DNA of 64,000 bases from an uncultured delta proteobacterium (lineage in GTDB: Bacteria; Desulfobacterota; RBG-13-43-22), in NCBI GenBank assembly GCA_963790475.1, contig CAWBOS010000010.1, positions 864,001 to 928,000 of the forward strand. The letters are read 5' to 3'. Below the pieces are notes generated by a model, which saw only the letters and a program-made list of their open reading frames with translations, was not told the origin of the DNA and ran no database searches. Shown one piece after another: positions 30,090 to 39,776 of this stretch. Every line of letters starts with the position of its first letter. The first letter of the stretch is position 1. The translations under genes and the position numbers were made by a program.

Positions 30090-32249
30090 GTGCGCCTGGC
30101 ATGATGCACTGGCCGACCTTCCAGGAATGAACCTGGAAGTAAAACATCCACCGTTACCGGACGGAAGGATAACGCCAACAAGGCAAGGGCATTCTCAGAA
30201 ATGAGGAGTCCGGAGGAAGCATGAGGCAGAATCTGTGTACGTAGCGAACAGCGAACCGACTATATGGCCGTGGGGAGGAGGTCGAGTTGACGTGACTAAA
30301 CGAGACCGGATATCCGGTGAACCGAACCGCTGTGAAGTTGGACGGGATACAGGGAGGTTGGTGTATCTTACCCAGGGAAGCCCTCCTGCACTGGAACCTA
30401 ATTGGCGTCAAGGATTTCATAAAACCGAACCGCGAAGGCGAACCCGAAGCGGGGTAGGGTGCAAAGGGTGGCAGATTCACGGGTAGTACTGAGGACTCAG
30501 GGCCGATGAAGCCTGGTAACAGAGCGAAGGATAAAACCCTGACGACCGGGAGAAGGAAAAGAAGGGAAGGAATCCGATAGAGAACCCACCGCTGGCGATG
30601 GTAAACAAACAACTTAAGGACCTATCCTGAAGCCTGGGCAGCCCAAAGATCGTCCTTGGGATGCGGGAAGCCGTGGACGAGAGGCGATGGAGACGACATT
30701 AGAGAGCCGACTTAGAGTTACGATGGTACAAGAAGGGACCAGAAAACCGAAGGGGGATGAACGAAACCCGCAAGAGGGTACCGGACGGGAAGAGACTTGG
30801 ACGGTCAACAGGCATCCGGTCCCCAGCCCAAAGGGCTGCTCGTAACCCGGCAATCTTTAATGGAAGAGCAAGTCACGGAGGAAGTTGGAAGTGAAGGTTA
30901 GGGAAGCACTGGAAAGGGTCTACGAACCGAGACGACTGCGGGAGGCATGGCACCAGATTAAACGAAACGCCGGAGCAGCGGGAATAGACCGGATGACGGT
31001 AGAGGAGTTCGAAAAGCGAGAAAGAGAGCTTTTGCAGCTCATCGGCGAGAAGCTGAAAGCGGGCACCTACCGTTTCAAACCTGCCAGAAGAGTTCTGATT
31101 CCCAAGGAAGGCAGTAATAAGATGCGTCCCCTTGGGATACCGGTGGTCATGGATCGAATAATCAGCCAGAGTATCAATTTGGTATTTGAGGGGTTGTTCG
31201 ACCCGGCTTTTACGAAGTCCAATTTTGGATTTCGTCGAGGCCACAGCCAGCATCAGGCGATTAGACATGTTCAGGGGATAGTGGAAGATGGATATGAATG
31301 GGCGGCATCGATAGACTTGAAGAGTTTCTTTGATGAAATCCCGCATGAACTGATATTAACACTTATACGGCGGAAGATAGCCGATGAGAGGCTGGTAACG
31401 CTGATTGCAAGAGCGTTAAGGGCCGGTATCGTTATTGATGGAGAATATCAGGAAACACCCAAGGGATGTCCACAAGGATCTCCGCTCTCCCCGATGCTAT
31501 CGAACATTGTTTTGAATGAACTGGACTGGGAATTGGAAAAGAGAGGGCACCGGTACGGTCGATGGGCTGATGACTTCCTGATTTTACTTAAATCAGAAAG
31601 AGCGGCTGAACGGATCATGGAGGGAATAACGGCGTACCTGGAAGGGAAGCTGGGACTTCCGGTTAACCGGGAAAAGAGCCAAGTAGCTCCGATTAAAGAC
31701 ATTCCTTTCCTGGGGTTTCAAATACTCAGGGGGAAAATCCGAGTCAGCGACAAGGCCCGGGTTAAATTTAAGAATAGGATACGAGAACTAACCCGGAGAA
31801 ACAATCCCTTATCTATGAACCAGGTGATCCAGGAACTCAATGAATACTTACGAGGGTGGATAGCCTACTTTCGGGTCCAAGAGTTTAGCAAACCATTAGT
31901 GGAACTCGATGGCTGGATTCGGAGTCGGCTCAGATCCATGCAACTAAAGAAATGGAAAAATCCCCGCAAATTTCAAAGGATGCTAAACCGGTCCGACTAT
32001 ACAGGCCGGGAAACGAACCGAGTCTGGGTCAAGATGAACAAATGGCAATCGGTCAATCGACGGGAGGTTCGTTGTGTTATGAATCTCCAATGGTTCAGAA
32101 GGCAAAGGTTGACCTTTCTAGGTGACTTCATCCAGAGGCAACTACCTCTTGAACTGAAATTCAGTCGCTAATCGAAGAGCGGCTTACCTGGCCGGTACGA
32201 GCCGTTCTGTTGGGAGGGGGTAGGCCTTCTCGGCTACCTCCTACCAGAT
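30090..32249 (+). mobile_element. Group II intron 1 (class C-like, 2160 nt)
   Basis: 5' GTGCG at 30090; D5 hairpin 32176-32208 with AGC triad and CG bulge; D6 ending CCTACCAGAT; RT ORF inside. Confidence 0.88.
30885..32171 (+). CDS. ltrA: Group II intron reverse transcriptase/maturase (WADD variant, no endonuclease domain)
   Basis: NAGAAGID (RT0), RPLGIP, DLKSFFD, PQGSPLSP, RWADD, FLGF, LRGWIAYF (X domain). Confidence 0.93.
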   Translation: MEVKVREALERVYEPRRLREAWHQIKRNAGAAGIDRMTVEEFEKRERELLQLIGEKLKAGTYRFKPARRVLIPKEGSNKMRPLGIPVVMDRIISQSINLVFEGLFDPAFTKSNFGFRRGHSQHQAIRHVQGIVEDGYEWAASIDLKSFFDEIPHELILTLIRRKIADERLVTLIARALRAGIVIDGEYQETPKGCPQGSPLSPMLSNIVLNELDWELEKRGHRYGRWADDFLILLKSERAAERIMEGITAYLEGKLGLPVNREKSQVAPIKDIPFLGFQILRGKIRVSDKARVKFKNRIRELTRRNNPLSMNQVIQELNEYLRGWIAYFRVQEFSKPLVELDGWIRSRLRSMQLKKWKNPRKFQRMLNRSDYTGRETNRVWVKMNKWQSVNRREVRCVMNLQWFRRQRLTFLGDFIQRQLPLELKFSR

Positions 32250-32442
32250 TAAAGGGAATAAACATGGGTACTTCATGTTGATATTTGACATAAGGATCGC
32301 CAAATTCCATGACCACTTTATTTTCTTCGAGCCTTGTACCAATCAGAATATAAAGTGTCAAAATTGTGTTTACAACTATATCCGATAGACTGAAAGTTTG
32401 ACACCATAGATATATTATCAATGCGAAATATATTGGATGTCT

Positions 32443-34417
32443 GTACGCAGTAACAACTGTTTACACTTACGGGTTAAAGTCCCGTCCGGGGAGTTGTCCG
32501 TTCACCCCGGTAGATCAAGGGAGCGGCGTTCGGGTAACCGGGGGTCGTAAGTTCCCAATTGGCAAAGCCACAGGCCGTAATGGAAATGAACCAATAGGTA
32601 GCCTCGTAAATATAAAGTGAAGATGCCGACCCAGTGGACATATGGGGAAGGCCGATGTTAAGGGCTTGGAAAACGGAAGCAGCCTTTGAGATCTTCCGGG
32701 GTAGCAAGGACGGCATGCGGTGGAAGATAAACAGTCCAGTGCTGGAGACCCGATGAGGTGATGGAAGAGGAACATCAACCGATACGTATAAGGAGACGAA
32801 ATCGTATTGGGCCGTATCGGGAGTCGGAGGGGTTCATAGTACCGCTTGAGGGCAAGGGACAACAAAACCCGGCCCGAGGGAAGGGACCCTGCTTTGTTCA
32901 AGTAACCGAAGAGTGGAGGGAGAGGGGATTGCAGCGATGCTAACAACCCCGGAAAGTATCAGGACACTACAGAGGAAGCTCTACCGGAAGGCCAAGCAGG
33001 AGAAAGCCTATCGTTTCTACGCCTTATATGACAAGGTGTACCGGGCGGACATTCTCAGTCATGCCTACAGTCTTGTCCGGGCCAATAAAGGGAGCGCCGG
33101 AATAGACGGAGTTACCTTTGAGGCTATCGAGACGGAAGAAGGGATAACCGCCTTTATGGCGGAGTTGGAAGAAGCACTGAAGAGCAAGACTTATCGACCG
33201 GACCCGGTAAAGCGGGTGATGATACCCAAGGCCAACGGTGACAAAAGGCCATTGGGTATACCGACGATACGGGACCGGGTAGCCCAGATGGCCGTAAAGC
33301 TGGTCATCGAACCGATCTTTGAAGCAGACTTTTGCGACAGCTCATACGGGTTTAGGCCCAGGAAGTCAGCCCACGACGCCGTTGATGATGTAGCCTCGGC
33401 CATGCATAGAGGGTACACGGAGATCATCGACGCCGATCTGAGCAAATACTTCGATACCATTCCCCACGCCAACCTCCTGGCTGTAGTTGCCGAGCGGATC
33501 AGTGATGGTGAGATATTGCGCATCATCAAGATGTGGCTCAAAGCCCCGGTCATGGAAGTGGACCAGGATGGAAAGAAAAAGAACATCGGCGGTGGCAAGG
33601 AAAACCGTCAAGGCACCCCGCAAGGGGGGGTAATCTCACCAATATTGGCGAACCTGTACCTGCATCTAATGGACAGGATATGGGAACGGCATCAGTTGGA
33701 GAAGAAACTCGGGGCACGGATCGTGCGCTATGCGGACGATATTGTTGTCCTCTGCCGGTGCGGAACCGAACGCCCGATGCAGATGCTGCGACGGATACTG
33801 GCGAAACTGGGGCTTACCCTGAACGAGGCCAAGACGAAGACCGTCAATGCCTACAAAGGGAGTTACAACTTCCTTGGATATACGATCCGGATGGGACGGA
33901 GCAATAGAACGGGGAAGTACTACCCTCACGTCCAACCTTCAAAGAAAGCCATACAATCTATCAAAGACCGAGTGACGGCAATTACGGATCGATCCCGAAC
34001 CATTATGCCTATCGAGTGGGTGGTGAATGAAGTTAACGCCACCGTGCGGGGATGGGTCGGCTACTTTCATTACCGCAATTGCAGTACCACACTGGCTCGG
34101 ATACGGGGGCATGTGGAAGAGCGGTTGATCACACACCTGCGAAAGCGGCACAAGGTCAGAGATAGAAAGATGGGGTATCTCAGGTTCAAACGAAGGGCGC
34201 TATACGAGAAGTACGGTCTCTACAAGGTGCCGACTTCGGCGGGCTGGACAAAGCGCATGCCCTGCGGTGAAGGACATCGGAAAGCCGTGTGCGGGAAAAC
34301 CGCATGCACGGTTTGATGAGGGAGGGCTGGCCCCGGCTGACCACTATAGCTCGTAGTAGATGCGTGCATCGGAAAGACCAAAAGTGGCACCAGTCAGGTT
34401 CCAGCTCTCTACTCTAC
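32443..34417 (+). mobile_element. Group II intron 2 (IIB-type, probably bacterial class E, 1975 nt)
   Basis: 5' GTACG, D5 AAAGCCGTGTGCGGGAAAACCGCATGCACGGTTT, 3' CTCTACTCTAC; EBS1 GGACAT (32636-41) pairs with IBS1 ATGTCT, EBS2 CCAATA (32591-96) with IBS2 TATTGG. Confidence 0.93.
32937..34316 (+). CDS. ltrA: Group II intron reverse transcriptase/maturase (YADD, no endonuclease domain)
   Basis: IRTLQRKLY..AK..RFYALYDKV, RPLGIP, ADLSKYFD, PQGGVISP, RYADD; true stop is probably TGA 34268-34270 (see rejected list). Confidence 0.95.
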   Translation: MLTTPESIRTLQRKLYRKAKQEKAYRFYALYDKVYRADILSHAYSLVRANKGSAGIDGVTFEAIETEEGITAFMAELEEALKSKTYRPDPVKRVMIPKANGDKRPLGIPTIRDRVAQMAVKLVIEPIFEADFCDSSYGFRPRKSAHDAVDDVASAMHRGYTEIIDADLSKYFDTIPHANLLAVVAERISDGEILRIIKMWLKAPVMEVDQDGKKKNIGGGKENRQGTPQGGVISPILANLYLHLMDRIWERHQLEKKLGARIVRYADDIVVLCRCGTERPMQMLRRILAKLGLTLNEAKTKTVNAYKGSYNFLGYTIRMGRSNRTGKYYPHVQPSKKAIQSIKDRVTAITDRSRTIMPIEWVVNEVNATVRGWVGYFHYRNCSTTLARIRGHVEERLITHLRKRHKVRDRKMGYLRFKRRALYEKYGLYKVPTSAGWTKRMPCGEGHRKAVCGKTACTV

Positions 34418-34588
34418 TATTATTCCTAATAGACCTTCTTTTTTAATTTCTTCCGATTGAAATCATCACATAAGCAAGTCTGTAAAAGGAATAATAGTTC
34501 TTTAACACTCGAGTCATTAGATTTGTGAATCTTATACTGATCAGGTAGCTATGCTATCCTTTGATCGAATAGATGCATTTCTTTCTCC

Positions 34589-34635
34589 TCAGGGTCAACA
34601 CCCAAACCAATTTTCCGGTCGGGTGTTGACCCTGA
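34589..34635. terminator. Strong hairpin (terminator or REP-like)
   Basis: TCAGGGTCAACACCC ... GGGTGTTGACCCTGA inverted repeat just past the stop of 34664-34903. Confidence 0.45.
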
Positions 34636-34663
34636 TTGAATAGTTAGATGATATAAAATTGTT

Positions 34664-34903
34664 TCAACAGTTTTCATTGGTTGGCTTGGAACAGGTAGAG
34701 TCGAATAGATATTCCCTGGTTACCATCGTCCCCAGTATAATTACGCCGACGCCGAGAAAACCCATCCCCCAACCCACATCGGCCAGGAAGGCTACTGCTA
34801 TCCAAATGAAAAACAAACCCCAGCCAACTTCATCTAACTTCAGGGCTAATTTTTTTTTTCGGGCAGCCTTGAAGTCCTGAGTATTGTTATTTGTCTCCAA
34901 CAT
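34664..34903 (-). CDS. Small membrane protein
   Basis: AGGAGG RBS; LDEVGWGLFFIW...GWGMGFLGVGVIILG two-TM pattern. Confidence 0.65.
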   Translation of the reverse strand: MLETNNNTQDFKAARKKKLALKLDEVGWGLFFIWIAVAFLADVGWGMGFLGVGVIILGTMVTREYLFDSTCSKPTNENC

Positions 34904-35150
34904 GACCTTCCTCCTTTTTGGTTTCTTTGGGTCTCTCATCAGTGCCGCGACACCCCTTCATCATATCCCGCATCATTTCAGCGCAAGAGAAGCCGCAGCA
35001 ATCCCCCTTTTTCTCCGTGACCTTCTTCATCATCTCTGTACAAAGTGAGCCGATCCCTTGTTGACCGAACATCTTTTGCATCATCTCTGCCATGGGGGTG
35101 TCCTCTAAGCAGGTAGTGAAATCTTTTTGATTCTGAACTTTTTCCGCCAT
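34887..35150 (-). CDS. Small Met/Cys-rich hypothetical protein
   Basis: GGAGG RBS + ATG 35150; repeated xAEMM/CTEMM units. Confidence 0.6.
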   Translation of the reverse strand: MAEKVQNQKDFTTCLEDTPMAEMMQKMFGQQGIGSLCTEMMKKVTEKKGDCCGFSCAEMMRDMMKGCRGTDERPKETKKEEGHVGDK

Positions 35151-35191
35151 TTTATTACCTCCGTTTTGTTTTTGTCTTTGCAGATCTAAAG

Positions 35192-35207
35192 AGCAGGAAG
35201 TATGCCA
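35192..35207 (-). promoter_or_regulatory. sigma54 -24/-12 promoter
   Basis: TGGCAT-ACTTC-CTGCT (GG-N10-GC), about 40 bp upstream of ATG 35150 and next to a sigma54 activator gene. Confidence 0.65.
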
Positions 35208-35476
35208 TACGGAGGATCTGGACCGATGATATTGAAAGCCATCTTCTAACTTGTTGAAAATATAAATTTTACACTGATGGCCGCTTAAAAAAAGAGAAAG
35301 AGGTGTATTAGGATTGATTACCGATGGCAATGAAATCGATCGTCAGACATTACCATTGGTAACAACTTCAATGGCCAAATCCTTCTATGAAAGGGTTAGA
35401 GTGGAGAAAGAAAGATAGTCCTTGGAAAGAAAGAGTGAGGAAGGAAAGACAGAAGGGGTCGTGGTTCAATAATGAA

Positions 35477-36502
35477 TCATACCGATTTTTCCGGTTTGGG
35501 AAGGTTCCAACGTTTTCGTTTCTCCCACAGGTTCTTCCGGCTGATCCCTAGAATCTCAGCGATTTGTTCTTCGGAGTGATCCGTCTGCAGGGCCAGGATG
35601 GACTCCTTGGCATATTCCTCAACGGACACAAAATTTCCGGAACTCCATGAGGCGTCCTTTTTGGCGAGCAGTTTTGGTGGGAGCTGTTCCGGGCGTATGG
35701 GATTCCCTTCGTCGGTGAGGTGTAAGGCATATTCGATCACATTTTCCATCTCTCTCACATTTCCGGGCCAGGAGTAGTTCATGAATATCTTGAGGGTTTC
35801 AGATGAGACCCCCGTCAGGTTGCGGGAATGGGTGTCACAAAGACGCTGGAGAAGGTGAGTGGCTAGCGGAGGAATATCCTCCTTTCTTTTGCGAAGCGGG
35901 GGCAGAAAAATGGGGATCACATTTAAACGGAAAAAAAGGTCTTCCCGGAATACCCCTTCGCGGATCGCCTCTTCCAGATTCCGGTTTGTTGCCGAGATGA
36001 TCCGGACATCAAATTTTCTGTCGGAGTTAAAGACAACGGCCCGTGTAATAAGCTCCTTCCCGGTACCGGATTCTCCAAAGATCAATACCGAGCTCATGGT
36101 GGAAGCCACCCTTTCAATAAGCCTAAAGATCGCTTTCATCTCCTTGGACTGGGTTACGATATTATTAAACCGGGCCTGACGTTCTATTTCCCGCCGCAGT
36201 GTGACGCACTCCTCGGAAAGCCGGATCTGTTCGGTCACGTTGCGAACAACCTCCACAGCCCCGATAATCTTCCCTTTCTTATCCTTGAAGGGGCCTGAAA
36301 AAACCTCCATCCATAGAATGTTGCCGTCCGGCAGTTGAATGTCCCGAAGGGCTTTTTTGGGTTTCCCGTCTTTGATGACCTCCAGGATAATACAATTTTC
36401 ACAGGGCTCCTGCCGTCCACGATAAGCCTCATAGCACTTGGCACCGATGTTGGACCCGTATATCTGCTGGACGGCCTCGTTCTGGAATATGACTATCCGG
36501 TA
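35477..36502 (-). pseudogene. PAS-sigma54 activator (NtrC/Fis family), 5'-truncated with the AAA+ core deleted
   Basis: GESGTGKEL is joined almost directly to FDVRIISATNRNL; GAFTGA and Walker B are absent; WPGNVRE and HTH retained; PAS-like frame extends to about 36502. Confidence 0.85.
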
Positions 36503-36700
36503 AATTAGCCGATCATAAAAAAAGTGACAAATGAAAACAAAAAGATTATGCCATATTTAAATAAGTTAGTGACTCTTCCCTATTATTTATAGGCTATTAA
36601 CTTCTCCTGACTCAAGAAGGGGAGGGTGTCCAATGTAATTGGACTAACCCCGTTGCCCGATTGAAGTAAAAATGTGAGACTCTGGTTTTAAAACAACCTA

Positions 36701-37036
36701 TCATAAAGGCTCAACGCGGCAGGGGACATAGCGATGCAGCGGCGTGGCCGCCACCCGGTCACGATGGGTAATTTTTGTCAGCCGGTTCACATTGGCTCCG
36801 TATTTTTTCCCGTCATAGATCAACCCGAATCCATGCGGTAGAATCACCTGGCCTTTTCTTGTTCCGTCGGCAACCTCGATTTCAATGGTCTCTTTACCGG
36901 CCTCGGTGAGACGGTGAACGATCTGTCCATCCTTAAGTCCCCTGGCCTCGGCATCTCCCGGGTGCATGAGCAGCGTACAGGCCCTTCGTCCTTCATTCCA
37001 GCCAGGGTCCCTCATATCCTCCTTGTCTTTCGCCAT
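36701..37036 (-). pseudogene. C-terminal fragment of a DMSO-reductase-family molybdopterin oxidoreductase
   Basis: MHPGDAEARGLKDG, VILPHGFG, GANVNRLT, TPLHRYVPCRVE; the rest of the gene is absent. Confidence 0.75.
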
Positions 37037-37169
37037 ACAATGTAAATCTATTTATTTTAGTAAAGGAAATCAATATGATTTTTTCACTCGAATTATTCAT
37101 CAAAACTAATAATTGACATCCCGTTGAATTAATGGTTAAAAATATATAATAATTCAAGGAGGCTATTAA

Positions 37170-38447
37170 ATGGCCGATATTCTGGCCTTTGTGCTGGCCG
37201 GGGGTAGGGTGGATGAACTTAGCGTTCTTACCTTTGACCGGCCTAAATCCGCTTTGCCTTTTGCCGGCAATTTCCGGGTGATCGATTTCGCCCTCAGCAA
37301 TCTAATGCATGCCCGGATAAGGCGGGTGGGGATCTTGTCTCAATATCGGTCCACTTCTTTGATCAACCATATCGGCACCGGGGCCTCTTGGGATATGACC
37401 GGGCGCCGACGTCAGGTAACCCTGCTTCCCCCATCCACCGGACAAAAAAATTCCGACTGGTATAAAGGGACGGCCGATGCCGTGGCCCAAAATCTGGATT
37501 TTATTAATGAGAATAATCCGGACCTGGTCTTGATTCTTTCCGGAGACCATATCTATCGAATGGATTATCAGCGACTAATCCAGTTTCACGAGGACCATAA
37601 GGCCGATGTCACTGCCGGCTTTATCAAAGTTCCCCCCGAAGAGGCCCATCGCTTTGGTCTGGGGGTGATGGAAGAAAAAGAGGGGCGGCCGGGTGGACGA
37701 TTGAGGTCCTATCAGGAGAAACCCGCAACGCCTCAATCCCAGTGGGCCTCTTTGACCATCTATCTTTTTAAGACCGAGGTCCTAATTGAAATTCTCAAAC
37801 AAACCCAGGCCCGCAGCGAAGGAATTGAATTCGGCCGTGATATCTTTCCCTCGCTGGTTCGGCAATTCCGGGTTTTCGGATATATCTTTTCCGGATACTG
37901 GGGCTATACCCGTACCCTGGATGAATATTGGCAAACGCATATGGATCTGTTTGGGACGGACACCAAGATCAATCTGAAGCAATGGCAAATTCGTACCAAT
38001 CTGGAACATGAACGGATTCGGGAACGTCAACCGGCGGTGATTGGACCTGACGCCGACTTGAACCAGGTTCTATTGACGCACGGCTGCCGGGTGGAGGGTA
38101 CGGTCAAAAGGAGTATTCTGTTTCCCGGAGTTCAAATTGAACCAAGGGCGGTGGTAGAAGATTCCATCCTCTTTTTTGATACGGTTGTTGAATCCGGGGC
38201 CAAGGTAATAAAAACACTTACCGACATCGGGGTCAGAATCGGAGAGGACGCCCGGATCGGGGACCGGGGCAAGGTCATAGCCAATCGGGCCTCTCCCCAA
38301 CTTCTATTTTCCGGGTTGACGGTAATAGGGCGGAAAACCTCTCTGCCTTCCCGGATAAGGGTAGGAGGCAATTGTATCCTTTATCCCTTTTTGGAAGAAA
38401 ATTCTTTTGAATCAATGGAGATTCCTTCCGGAGCGACTGTGTCATGA
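37170..38447 (+). CDS. Glucose-1-phosphate adenylyltransferase family, degenerate (GlgD-like) subunit
   Basis: LAGGRVDELSVLT (lacks GxGxRL), RPKSALPFAG, WYKGTADA, LSGDHIY, beta-helix tail. Confidence 0.8.
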   Translation: MADILAFVLAGGRVDELSVLTFDRPKSALPFAGNFRVIDFALSNLMHARIRRVGILSQYRSTSLINHIGTGASWDMTGRRRQVTLLPPSTGQKNSDWYKGTADAVAQNLDFINENNPDLVLILSGDHIYRMDYQRLIQFHEDHKADVTAGFIKVPPEEAHRFGLGVMEEKEGRPGGRLRSYQEKPATPQSQWASLTIYLFKTEVLIEILKQTQARSEGIEFGRDIFPSLVRQFRVFGYIFSGYWGYTRTLDEYWQTHMDLFGTDTKINLKQWQIRTNLEHERIRERQPAVIGPDADLNQVLLTHGCRVEGTVKRSILFPGVQIEPRAVVEDSILFFDTVVESGAKVIKTLTDIGVRIGEDARIGDRGKVIANRASPQLLFSGLTVIGRKTSLPSRIRVGGNCILYPFLEENSFESMEIPSGATVS

Positions 38448-39701
38448 GCAATACCCTGGTTATGTTATTAGCCGGAGGGGAAGGCAGCCGGTTGAATGTC
38501 CTGGTCGAGGCCCGGGCCAAACCCGCCGTGCCCTTTGGCGGGATCTATCGGATTATTGATTTCACTTTAAGCAACATTATGAATTCGGGACTGGAACGGG
38601 TAGGAGTTCTGACCCAGTACAAGCCCCTTTCATTGATGACTCATATCGGTTCGGGAAAAGCCTGGGATTTCGAAGGCCGAAACCGGGGCATTAAAATTCT
38701 TCCTCCCCATACCGGCGAAAAAGATTCGGACTGGTACAAAGGCACGGCCGATGCCTTGCGTCAAAACATGGAATATCTGAAGCGTTATGATCCGGAACAA
38801 ATCCTGATTGTTTCCGGCGATCACATCTATTACATGGATTATGCCCCGATGATCGCCTTCCATAAGCAAAACCGGGCCGATTTAACCGTAGCCATGATGG
38901 AGGTTCCCAGAGACCAACTGGTTCATTTCGGGACTGCCCAGGTGAACGGGCAGGGTCGAATCAAAGATTGGGAAGAAAAACCCAACAAGCCCAAGGGGAC
39001 TCTGGCTTCCCTGGGCATTTATGTTTTCCGGACGTCCTATTTACTGAAAGCGCTTCAGGAACCGAAGGCCATGGATTTTGGCCGGGACCTTATCCCCTCG
39101 GTTATCAAAAAGGATCGTGTTTTTGCCTATTCTTTTTCCGGGTACTGGCGGGATGTAGGGACCTTGTCTTTTTATTATCAGGCTCACTTGGATCTCTTGA
39201 AATCCGGATCAGGGCTGAATCCTGAGGCCTGGAGGGTGCAAACCAATTTGGAAGAAGAAGGATTGAAAGGGGACCGCCCGGCGGTTATCCTTCAAAAAAA
39301 TGCGCGAGGTGGTTCGATCTTATCTTTCGGCCGATACCATCATTGAAGGCCGGGTAGAAGGATCGGTTCTTTCCCCCGGAGTCCGGGTGGGCAAAGGGGC
39401 CCAGGTGTTAAATTCCATCCTAATGCATGACTGTCAGGTAGAGGCCGAAGCCCATCTGGATCGAGTGATTGTTGATAAAAAGGTCCGCATAGGACAAAAG
39501 GCCTCCATCATCGGCCAGGCGGAACTGCCTAACCGGGAATTTCCCGGGCAGTTAAAAGAAGGTTTAACTTTGATCGGGAAAGGAGCGTCTATCCCTCCAA
39601 AGATCAAGATTCAGGGTAATACCATTATCTTCCCCTCAGTCGAAGAAGGGGATTTTTCCGGGTTGGTAATGGACGAAGGAGAAACGGTGAGGAAAAGATA
39701 G
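38444..39701 (+). CDS. glgC: Glucose-1-phosphate adenylyltransferase, one frameshift near 39300
   Basis: LAGGEGSRL, RAKPAVPFGG, EEKP, DFGRD, YWRDVGT; C-terminal part is in ORF 39300-39701. Confidence 0.88.
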
Positions 39702-39776
39702 AATCATTTTGGATCAGATTGCGGATTTCGAAAAGAAGAAATATTTTTGTACTAAAGTGAAAAAACAGGGGGAATC

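Larger units (their letters stand above)
32250..34553 (-). pseudogene. ICMT/phospholipid-methyltransferase family membrane protein, split by intron 2 and clipped at the 3' end by IS200 + intron 1
   Basis: Removing 32443-34417 restores KEGLLGIIRHPIYFALIIYLW...GTRLEENK..EFGDPYVKYQHEVPMFIPF; the upstream part HSYLIS...FYRLAYV is joined by an internal deletion. Confidence 0.85.

Noticed and set aside
29978-30885. TnpB/omegaRNA, IStron or retron msr-msd between tnpA and the RT
   Set aside because: No tnpB ORF or group I features; 29978-30089 is IS right-end hairpins and 30090 onward fits group II intron domains, with matching D5/D6 after the ORF
34250-34316. RT ORF reading through catalytic D5 (tail RMPCGEGHRKAVCGKTACTV)
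   Set aside because: One extra A in ACAAAGCG gives TKAHALR* ending at 34270, before D5; probably a homopolymer indel
30090-34417. Twintron (intron nested in intron)
   Set aside because: Intron 1 closes at 32249 and 193 bp of host gene separate it from intron 2
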